A stretch of DNA of 64,000 bases. Source: a virus. Lineage: Duplodnaviria; Caudoviricetes. The DNA lies in IMG/VR virus record IMGVR_UViG_3300028738_000008; one strand, written 5' to 3'. This document shows positions 50,654-57,225 of the stretch, piece by piece. The notes under the pieces were generated by a model. The model saw only the letters and a program-made list of their open reading frames with translations. It made no database searches and had not been told where the DNA came from. A program made the position numbers and the translations under genes. How positions within the stretch are numbered: position 1 is the first letter of the stretch; every line of letters begins with the position of its first letter.

Positions 50654-50827
50654 ATGAATGAACAATTAAAAATTGGCGACGTGGTTGATTTAAAATCAGG
50701 AGGCCCACGAATGACATTAGGTACTTTCCAGAGCAATGGAAAATGGCTTGCGCAGTGGTTTACTGGTGAAGAACTGAGACATGGCGAATTCCGTACTGAG
50801 CAAATCGAATTGTCAAAAGACGAATAA
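50654..50827 (+). CDS. YodC/DUF2158-like small protein (57 aa, absent from the ORF track)
   Basis: LKIGDVVDLKSGGPRMTL...WF. Confidence 0.85.
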   Translation: MNEQLKIGDVVDLKSGGPRMTLGTFQSNGKWLAQWFTGEELRHGEFRTEQIELSKDE

Positions 50828-50838
50828 TCAATGATTTC

Positions 50839-50890
50839 GTTTCACAATTCATGAAATAATTTACAGAATTTCATGAATTGTGAAACTTTT
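50839..50890 (+). terminator. 19-bp perfect stem followed by a T run
   Basis: GTTTCACAATTCATGAAAT-N10-ATTTCATGAATTGTGAAAC-TTTT. Confidence 0.7.
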
Positions 50891-50903
50891 TCAAAATATT
50901 TTG

Positions 50904-50942
50904 TATTTATATTTGCAAGTTACAAATTAATGATTACCTTTG
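50904..50942 (+). promoter_or_regulatory. composite promoter of tRNA operon 1
   Basis: TATTTATA (50904-11), TTTG (50912-15), N19, TACCTTTG (50935-42). Confidence 0.8.
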
Positions 50943-50971
50943 TACCGAAATAAAATTTTAAGAAATATACA

Positions 50972-51043
50972 ATGAGAACAATTTTTAACATAGTACCGCA
51001 GCATCAACCACAACCCTTGAAGTATCTTCAATCGAATGGCTGA
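50972..51043 (+). CDS. leader peptide 1, MRTIFNIVPQHQPQPLKYLQSNG
   Basis: 23-aa ORF between promoter and terminator; core codons CCG CAG CAT CAA CCA CAA CCC. Confidence 0.8.
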   Translation: MRTIFNIVPQHQPQPLKYLQSNG

Positions 51044-51071
51044 ACTATGTAAAAAATAAACATACATAATG

Positions 51072-51108
51072 ATCCCCTTTAATTGAAAGATTAAAGGGGA
51101 TTTTTTTT
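51072..51108 (+). terminator. attenuator terminator 1
   Basis: ATCCCCTTTAAT-TGAAAG-ATTAAAGGGGAT followed by a T run, ending 3 nt before the first tRNA. Confidence 0.88.
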
Positions 51109-51110
51109 AT

Positions 51111-51195
51111 CTAGGCGTAGCCCTGTAGTTGGTAGCAGTCCTGATTTGGGATCAGGCGTGGTAACACCTCGTGAGTTCGACCCTCACCGCTTAGA
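51111..51195 (+). tRNA. tRNA-Pro(TGG) with long variable arm
   Basis: CCTGA-TT TGG GA-TCAGG; acceptor CTAGGCG/CGCTTAG. Confidence 0.8.
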
Positions 51196-51205
51196 CAAAA
51201 TTTAT

Positions 51206-51282
51206 CTGGGAGTTATGCAGAGGCAATACAACGGTATTTTGGAAATATCGGCTCGTGAGTTCGATTCTCACCTCTCAGACCA
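51206..51282 (+). tRNA. tRNA-Pro(TGG)
   Basis: TT TGG AA loop; GTGAG TTCGATT CTCAC; encoded CCA. Confidence 0.8.
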
Positions 51283-51310
51283 CTGATTATCAGTTCTTTG
51301 AATAATTTAT

Positions 51311-51383
51311 AGAGTAGTATATCAATTGGCAGATTACCGCATTCGGGATGCGGAGGCTCTGGATTCGAGTTCCAGTTACTCTA
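51311..51383 (+). tRNA. tRNA-Pro(CGG)
   Basis: CCGCA-TT CGG GA-TGCGG. Confidence 0.82.
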
Positions 51384-51393
51384 CTGATTAGAT

Positions 51394-51467
51394 GGTGTCT
51401 ATAGTGCAATTGGTAGCATGACAGATTGTGGTTCTGTTGATGACAGGTTCGAACCCTGCTAGACACA
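51394..51467 (+). tRNA. tRNA-His(GTG)
   Basis: ACAGA-TT GTG GT-TCTGT; G-1 present. Confidence 0.85.
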
Positions 51468-51495
51468 CTAAATGCGAATTGCATTTTATTAAAAT

Positions 51496-51570
51496 GGTGA
51501 TTGTAGCTTAAACGGATAAAGCGCATGCCTGTGAAGCATGTATATGCGAGATCGTACCTCGTCTTTCACC
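51496..51570 (+). tRNA. tRNA-His(GTG), divergent
   Basis: CATGC-CT GTG AA-GCATG; G-1/C73; two T-T acceptor mismatches; atypical T-loop. Confidence 0.7.
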
Positions 51571-51590
51571 CTAATTTTAAATTAAAGATC

Positions 51591-52355
51591 ATGTATTACG
51601 TTGTACAGAAGAATGTTTTTAGGGAAGAAAATTACGATAATTTGATTATCGCTTTGAATCGGTTGGAGTTGCCATATGAGATCGTTGATGTATTACCTTT
51701 TGTAGACACCTTCGAATTCAAGACAACCAGAAAGGATGTTTTTCCTTTCGGAGCTGTTAAAATGTCAAGAATTGCCAAAGAATTGGACTGGAATCCAGGC
51801 TCTCAATTATGTGACAATCATGACTATAACGTATATAGTAAGTATTATAAAGAAAACTTGCTGAACTACGATTCAAGGATTATCAGGTTTGGCGATGATT
51901 TCTTTCAAACAGAAAGGTTCTTTGCACGTCCGACATTGGATACTAAAGTGTTTACTGGTCATGTGTTTGACATGGGCGAATGGATTAAGTTCAGAGACGA
52001 ATCCATTGTCAATGGACATAGCACTTTACTGAACACAGATACTGAAATTCAGATTTCTTCTGTAAAAAATATACAGAAAGAAATAAGGTTTTGGATTGTG
52101 AAAGGCGAAATCGCCACAGCAAGTCAGTATTCTCTGGGTGGAAGATTCTGTGTGAATGAAAACGTCGATCAGTCGGCATATGACTTCGTAAACAGAATGA
52201 TTAAGATATTCGAATTGAATGATACCTTTATTATAGATGCATGCCTTGTTAAAGGCGAATACAAAATAGTTGAATGCGGTTGCACAAACAGTGCTGGCTT
52301 CTATCGAGCAGATATGCAAAAGCTGCTTATGAAATTGGAAGACGCTTTCAATTAA
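51591..52355 (+). CDS. ATP-grasp protein (DUF4343/R2K-like) embedded in tRNA operon 1
   Basis: FFARP..DTKVFTG, IQKEIRFWIVKGEI, FIIDAC...YKIVECGC.NSAGFY; start corrected to ATG 51591 because the listed start lies inside tRNA-His. Confidence 0.8.
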   Translation: MYYVVQKNVFREENYDNLIIALNRLELPYEIVDVLPFVDTFEFKTTRKDVFPFGAVKMSRIAKELDWNPGSQLCDNHDYNVYSKYYKENLLNYDSRIIRFGDDFFQTERFFARPTLDTKVFTGHVFDMGEWIKFRDESIVNGHSTLLNTDTEIQISSVKNIQKEIRFWIVKGEIATASQYSLGGRFCVNENVDQSAYDFVNRMIKIFELNDTFIIDACLVKGEYKIVECGCTNSAGFYRADMQKLLMKLEDAFN

Positions 52356-52362
52356 TATAAAT

Positions 52363-52438
52363 TGCCTTATGGTGTAATTGGCAACACACCTGATTCTGAT
52401 TCAGTTGAGTGAAGGTTCGAGTCCTTCTAAGGCATCCA
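52363..52438 (+). tRNA. tRNA-Gln(CTG)
   Basis: TT CTG AT loop; U1-A72; encoded CCA. Confidence 0.85.
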
Positions 52439-52445
52439 ACTATAT

Positions 52446-52517
52446 TGCCCTGTTATGTAATGGCTAGCATACGACACTTTGACTGTCGGAGTTACGGTTC
52501 GAATCCGTACAGGGCAA
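52446..52517 (+). tRNA. tRNA-Gln(TTG)
   Basis: CGACA-CT TTG AC-TGTCG. Confidence 0.87.
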
Positions 52518-52603
52518 CAAAATTTAACGATATATTAGCGTTATTTAGAATCATTTTTTTTACATAATGTGCATATTTTTACTATTTATAGGTAAAATAT
52601 ACC

Positions 52604-53617
52604 ATGAAAATATTATTTATATTAAAAGAAAGATTTTATAATAATTCGTTAATCAAGTCATATGGACTAATGAATTCATCAACGCATGTTTCGAAGTATT
52701 TAGACTCTATTGGACTTTGCACAAAAGTAGTGAGAGTTGTTGATGGAAATTCAATTGATAAAGAGGTTCATGAATACAAACCAGATGTCGTCATTATTGA
52801 GGCTTTATGGGTAAGCGGCGAAAAACTAAAAGAACTTATTGAGATAAAGAGATATTCCCATATCAGATGGATTGTAAGAGTTCACAGCGATATTGGCTTC
52901 TTGGCTGCTGAGACTTTGGCATTGAAATATATTAATGATTACATTAGCCTCAATAAGCATAATTTGGTCATAGCACCAAACAATAAGGAATTTAATGAGT
53001 ATCTTACGAATGCTATGAATTTTAAATTCAAATATCTTCCCAATATTATTAATGTTAAATCATCAGATCATTCTTTAGTAAAGCATCCGCACTCAATAGA
53101 TATTGGATGTTTTGGTGCATTAAGAATACTGAAAAATCATGTATTTCAAGCTATGTGTGCAATGAGCGCAGCGGATATATTAAATAAGACATTGCGCTTT
53201 CACATTACTGTAGATGCGAACGCCGATAAAGCAAATCTAAATCCAGTATTAAAGAATTTGGAGGAATTATTTAAACGTAGTTCTCATGAATTGATCTGTC
53301 ATCCTTGGATGGAGAATGACGAGTTTCAGGGTCTGGTTAGAAAAATGGACATAGGCTTACAGCTTTCATATACCGAAAGCTTCAACATTGTCGCAGCAGA
53401 TTTTGTTAATAATGATATTCCAATTATCGTATCAGATGCCATTGATTGGATGCCAGATATATTTAAAACATCTACAATTGATTACGAAGAAGCGACTAAT
53501 AAAATAGTTTCAATCTATAAATCCAGAACTTTGGGTCATAAAAAGAATGTTGCTTTTGATAGTTTGGTAAAATATAATCGTAAGGCTCAACAAGAATGGC
53601 TAGATTTCATTATCTAA
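52604..53617 (+). CDS. glycosyltransferase (GT-B, GT4-like)
   Basis: IGCFGALRILKNH, LQLSYTESFNIVAADFV...PII. Confidence 0.8.
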   Translation: MKILFILKERFYNNSLIKSYGLMNSSTHVSKYLDSIGLCTKVVRVVDGNSIDKEVHEYKPDVVIIEALWVSGEKLKELIEIKRYSHIRWIVRVHSDIGFLAAETLALKYINDYISLNKHNLVIAPNNKEFNEYLTNAMNFKFKYLPNIINVKSSDHSLVKHPHSIDIGCFGALRILKNHVFQAMCAMSAADILNKTLRFHITVDANADKANLNPVLKNLEELFKRSSHELICHPWMENDEFQGLVRKMDIGLQLSYTESFNIVAADFVNNDIPIIVSDAIDWMPDIFKTSTIDYEEATNKIVSIYKSRTLGHKKNVAFDSLVKYNRKAQQEWLDFII

Positions 53618-53666
53618 AGTCAAGTGCTTATTATGAAATTAAAAGTATTTATTTTAAAATAATATC

Positions 53667-54437
53667 ATGACAGTAACGAATAGTAAACAGAGACTTTTTG
53701 AAATGATGTCCAGATTGGATGGCAATTTCAATTCAAGTCTAAACGAAAATGACGATAAGCTTGTTGATAGAGAGTTAATAGAAAACAAACGAACCGAAAA
53801 GAAGAAGGTTATCAATGAAAACAAGCTTTTCGAAATGAATAATAAGTTGAATGAGTTGGGTCAAAACGATCCTTGGGATGCTGAGGTTGATGCAGCATCA
53901 CGTAGAGCTGAAATTAAAGCTTATTATGGTGGTAATCATACTCAGGGTGATGACGATGATGATTACGATGTAAAACCTCGTAGAGCTAGATTTTATTCTG
54001 ATGATGAAGATGAAATGGACGAAAATAAGCTGACTGAATATCCTTCCGAGAAACCCACACATGGTCAAGACCCTAATTGGAGTATTGACCCAAAAAATCC
54101 TTCGGGATGTCTACCTAATCTTCCTATGGATGAGGGCGATATGAATGAGGCTATTAACGTTGGTGACGTTTTACAATATTTAGATGACGGCACATTTTGG
54201 AAAATAATTGATATAACCAACGGAATAGCAACAGCTTTTGACGGATTTAAAACAAAAGGAAAAATTGAGGCGAACAAATTAGTTGCCAATAATAATCTAA
54301 AAATATCTAAAGATGTTGACGGTAGGTTATTTAAAAGCTTAGTAGCGAAAGCAAAAGAGCATATTAAGAATAATGGCACAGATGAGGATGATTATATTAA
54401 TAGCGGCTACCCAATGGACGAAAATGAGCTGAACTAA
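53667..54437 (+). CDS. acidic hypothetical protein, putative internal head protein
   Basis: N-terminus SKQRLFEMMSRLDGNF is shared with 57226..58299. Confidence 0.65.
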   Translation: MTVTNSKQRLFEMMSRLDGNFNSSLNENDDKLVDRELIENKRTEKKKVINENKLFEMNNKLNELGQNDPWDAEVDAASRRAEIKAYYGGNHTQGDDDDDYDVKPRRARFYSDDEDEMDENKLTEYPSEKPTHGQDPNWSIDPKNPSGCLPNLPMDEGDMNEAINVGDVLQYLDDGTFWKIIDITNGIATAFDGFKTKGKIEANKLVANNNLKISKDVDGRLFKSLVAKAKEHIKNNGTDEDDYINSGYPMDENELN

Positions 54438-54477
54438 TAAAATAGTGAATTATTTTAAACTTTTTTGATTTTTTTAC

Positions 54478-54516
54478 TATTTATATTTGCAGGTATCAAA
54501 AATTGTATTACCTTTG
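54478..54516 (+). promoter_or_regulatory. composite promoter of tRNA operon 2
   Basis: TATTTATA, TTTG, N19, TACCTTTG. Confidence 0.8.
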
Positions 54517-54546
54517 TACCGAAATTAATATTTAAGAATAGAAACA

Positions 54547-54639
54547 ATGAGAAATTTACTTAACATAGAATTATTGGCAGTGGATCAGGTCAACCTCCTA
54601 TTATGGGCGGATGAAGATAGATTATGCCATGCTGGTTAA
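54547..54639 (+). CDS. leader peptide 2, MRNLLNIELLAVDQVNLLLWADEDRLCHAG
   Basis: 30-aa ORF between promoter and terminator; 19 of 30 residues are L/D/E/V/A/W. Confidence 0.78.
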   Translation: MRNLLNIELLAVDQVNLLLWADEDRLCHAG

Positions 54640-54664
54640 GTAGAGTTTAAGAATATTTTAAACT

Positions 54665-54695
54665 AAACCCCCAGCATACGTGTTGGGGGTTTTTT
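54665..54695 (+). terminator. attenuator terminator 2 with competing antiterminator
   Basis: AAACCCCCAGCA-TACG-TGTTGGGGGTTTTTT; ATGCTGG (54629-35) can pair with CCAGCAT (54671-77). Confidence 0.88.
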
Positions 54696-54739
54696 GTTTA
54701 TGTACGTTATTTGACATGTTGGGTTATAAAATTAAAATT

Positions 54740-54811
54740 GGTCTATTGGGGTATGGGTTATCCTTTGTGGTTGTCAGCCATGAGAAGCGAGTTCAAGTCT
54801 CGCATAGACCG
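54740..54811 (+). tRNA. tRNA-Asp(GTC)
   Basis: TT GTC AG loop; G73. Confidence 0.8.
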
Positions 54812-54870
54812 CACTAAGCATTATGAGAGTACTTGCCACTAGGGTAAGCCAACCTAAATTGCTTTTTCAT

Positions 54871-54944
54871 ACCTTCGTAGGGGAGTGGTCGTCCCTGTCG
54901 CACTGTCTATGCGAAGATCGCCAGTTCAAATCTGGTCGGGGGTG
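54871..54944 (+). tRNA. tRNA-Asp(GTC)
   Basis: TCGCA-CT GTC TA-TGCGA; G73. Confidence 0.82.
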
Positions 54945-54973
54945 CTGGTTTCATAATAAATGAAACATTTAAT

Positions 54974-55046
54974 GCTCGGTTCATCTAACTGGTTAGGATA
55001 GGTGACCTTCAATCATCCAATACGGATTCAAGTTCCGTACCGAGTA
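54974..55046 (+). tRNA. tRNA-Glu(TTC)
   Basis: CC TTC AA loop (C33). Confidence 0.78.
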
Positions 55047-55056
55047 CTTTTTTCAT

Positions 55057-55131
55057 GCTCCTATCGTCTAGTTGGTTCAAGGCGTCTGTTTTACAAGCAG
55101 AATATCGGTGGTTCGAATCCATCTGGGAGCA
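55057..55131 (+). tRNA. tRNA-Val(TAC)
   Basis: TCTGT-TT TAC AA-GCAGA. Confidence 0.85.
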
Positions 55132-55140
55132 CAAATTTAT

Positions 55141-55213
55141 GGCTTAGTAGACCAACGGCAGAGTCATCAGACTTAAACCCTGTACAGTGTGGGTTCGAAT
55201 CCCACCTAAGCTA
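55141..55213 (+). tRNA. tRNA-Leu(TAA), short variable arm
   Basis: CT TAA AC loop with weak anticodon stem; canonical T arm. Confidence 0.72.
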
Positions 55214-55220
55214 CAAATAT

Positions 55221-55294
55221 GGCTCAGTATCCCAATTGGCAGAGGAAGTTGACTCAAAAACAACTAGTTGTCGGTTCGAATCCGACTTGAGCTA
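55221..55294 (+). tRNA. tRNA-Leu(CAA), short variable arm
   Basis: GTTGA-CT CAA AA-ACAAC. Confidence 0.8.
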
Positions 55295-55305
55295 CAATAT
55301 AATAT

Positions 55306-55378
55306 GGATCGGTAGACCAACGGCAGAGTCACTTGTTTTAGAAGCAAGCCAGTGAGGGTTCGAATCCCTCTCGATCTA
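55306..55378 (+). tRNA. tRNA-Leu(TAG), short variable arm
   Basis: CTTGT-TT TAG AA-GCAAG. Confidence 0.82.
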
Positions 55379-55388
55379 CAATATTTAT

Positions 55389-55475
55389 GGGGAATTGATG
55401 GAATGGTAGACATCCTAGTTTTAGAAACTAGTGCGAAATAATAGTAGCGTGTGAGTTCGAGTCTCACATTCCTCA
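55389..55475 (+). tRNA. tRNA-Leu(TAG), long variable arm
   Basis: CTAGT-TT TAG AA-ACTAG. Confidence 0.87.
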
Positions 55476-55595
55476 CGCAATATTCAATGGGAACGCATGT
55501 GTTAACATCGTGGCGTCCGTCACGTAGATGGGAAACAGAACAGGGAGCATGCCTAGAATCTCGTTTAGGGTTGGAGATTTACTTTAATAATTATG

Positions 55596-55668
55596 GGGCA
55601 GTAGCTCAATTGGCTAGAGCACTACACTTGCAATGTAGAGGTTGTGGAATCGTCCTCCATCTGCTCCA
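55596..55668 (+). tRNA. tRNA-Ala(TGC)
   Basis: CTACA-CT TGC AA-TGTAG; G3-U70; atypical T-loop. Confidence 0.85.
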
Positions 55669-55696
55669 CTGATAATCAGGAGATTATCTATTTTAC

Positions 55697-55786
55697 ACGT
55701 CTATGTCCGAGTGGCTTAAGGAACTGGTCTCCAAAACCAGCGTGGGTGACACCATATCCAAGGTTCGAATCCTTGTTGGCGTGCCA
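55697..55786 (+). tRNA. tRNA with Trp anticodon (CCA) and long variable arm
   Basis: CTGGT-CT CCA AA-ACCAG; G73; encoded CCA; 90 nt. Confidence 0.8.
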
Positions 55787-55853
55787 GAGAATAAATGTTG
55801 CGAATCTTGTAACATTTATTCTTTTTTTTCGTATAATTTGTAAAAATAACAAT

Positions 55854-56042
55854 ATGAGAGTTAAGATTGGCGATAAAATTGTGGATACAGAAGACGAGCC
55901 TATCATGCTTATTTTCGAAGACGATGCTGAAAGAAAAATGGTTGCGAATACAATTGGCGACATGATTTCAGGCTGTAAACGTTATTGCATGTATCCAAAA
56001 GATACCGATATTGATACTATTAATTTTTTCATGATATGTTAA
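55854..56042 (+). CDS. hypothetical protein
   Basis: Start corrected to MRVKIGDK; the listed upstream extension overlaps tRNAs. Confidence 0.65.
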   Translation: MRVKIGDKIVDTEDEPIMLIFEDDAERKMVANTIGDMISGCKRYCMYPKDTDIDTINFFMIC

Positions 56043-56716
56043 TTATTTCAAAGAAAAAGGACTATTACGATGGCGTTGTTCAAACAACAGGCATTGATAA
56101 GACAATTGTTTATAATAGAAAGCAAAATGATATCAGAGATTCATTCGATGATTATAAAAAGCTTCCAGCGGACTTAATTAAGTTGGTTGAAAATCTCACA
56201 GCCTTTCATTTGGATACTAAGAAGACTAATTTGGAATTAAAGGGGATTTACATAATCGCTTTTTGCGGACAAATGTATGTCGCATGGGAAATGATTGACA
56301 GAAAACCATTCAATGATTATGATCCGAAATCAATTATAACGTATGATTTAAAAGGCATGCAAGAAATTGTTATCGATAAAACATGGCGTGATGCTGTTGG
56401 CATTGTAGACGCTTATAGAAACCTTGTTAATTACGACCCTATGAAGCTTCACAGATTATATAATAGTCCTGTTTTCGCCATCGATACGGCATTTGTAAGG
56501 TATGGCGCACGTGACTCCAACTTCATACTCAACCCAACGTTGAAAACGTATAAATTCTTCAAGCTTTTTGATTCATTTCAGGCTTTGCAAGAAATTCAAA
56601 TGTTTATTTCTGGTGTGTTGGGAACTGGCGAGAATAAGATGATAGAAGTAGCTGATAAATATAAAATAGAAAGTCATGGATTCGACAAAACATCCTTCCG
56701 AAAAGAAAAAAAGTGA
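56036..56716 (+). CDS. hypothetical phage protein
   Basis: MLIISKKKDYYD...QEIQMFISGVL...GFDKTSFRK. Confidence 0.75.
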   Translation: MLIISKKKDYYDGVVQTTGIDKTIVYNRKQNDIRDSFDDYKKLPADLIKLVENLTAFHLDTKKTNLELKGIYIIAFCGQMYVAWEMIDRKPFNDYDPKSIITYDLKGMQEIVIDKTWRDAVGIVDAYRNLVNYDPMKLHRLYNSPVFAIDTAFVRYGARDSNFILNPTLKTYKFFKLFDSFQALQEIQMFISGVLGTGENKMIEVADKYKIESHGFDKTSFRKEKK

Positions 56717-56785
56717 GCCTGAAAACTGCTGCGGCAAAACTGCCAATGTCATTGAGCAGAGAAAGAAAAGTAAAGTAAAAAAGAA

Positions 56786-57190
56786 ATGAGATTATTAATA
56801 TTACTTTTTTACTTACCAATATTATCCTTTTCGCAGACCACTGTGATCGGTCATGTTTCAGCAACTGTAATTGAGTCTGTGTTTGTCAAGAATGTGTATA
56901 ATTCTGGGTATACGGCAATAGATAAGAGTATCGACTCAACAACCGTTACATCTGCAATCATAACTACAACGCAGTTCAATCCGAATATTTTTACGATTAC
57001 AATTCCAACAACAAGTAAAATTGTTAAGAATACTAATGGCAAGGATTCAATGAGTGTTTTCAATTTTAAAACCGTTGGGTTTAAAATTGACACAATTACA
57101 ATAAATGGGATAGTAGCACCAATGCCAAAGCAATCTTCTGGCAATTATATATCGACTACGCCCATACCAATCATAGTAAATTATAATTGA
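56786..57190 (+). CDS. secreted beta-rich protein (DUF4402-like)
   Basis: Signal peptide MRLLILLFYLPILSFS-Q; C-terminal GNY.....IIVNYN. Confidence 0.6.
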   Translation: MRLLILLFYLPILSFSQTTVIGHVSATVIESVFVKNVYNSGYTAIDKSIDSTTVTSAIITTTQFNPNIFTITIPTTSKIVKNTNGKDSMSVFNFKTVGFKIDTITINGIVAPMPKQSSGNYISTTPIPIIVNYN

Positions 57191-57223
57191 AAAAGGGAAG
57201 CTTTATTAGCCTCCCTTTTTCTT
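57190..57223. terminator. bidirectional terminator
   Basis: AAAAAGGGAAGCT-TTATT-AGCCTCCCTTTTT. Confidence 0.75.
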
Positions 57224-57225
57224 GT

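Noticed and set aside
50904-51108. T-box riboswitch explanation for the tRNA-operon leaders
   Set aside because: The leaders are too short for stem I, lack the UGGNACC T-box motif, and contain translatable codon-biased ORFs instead.
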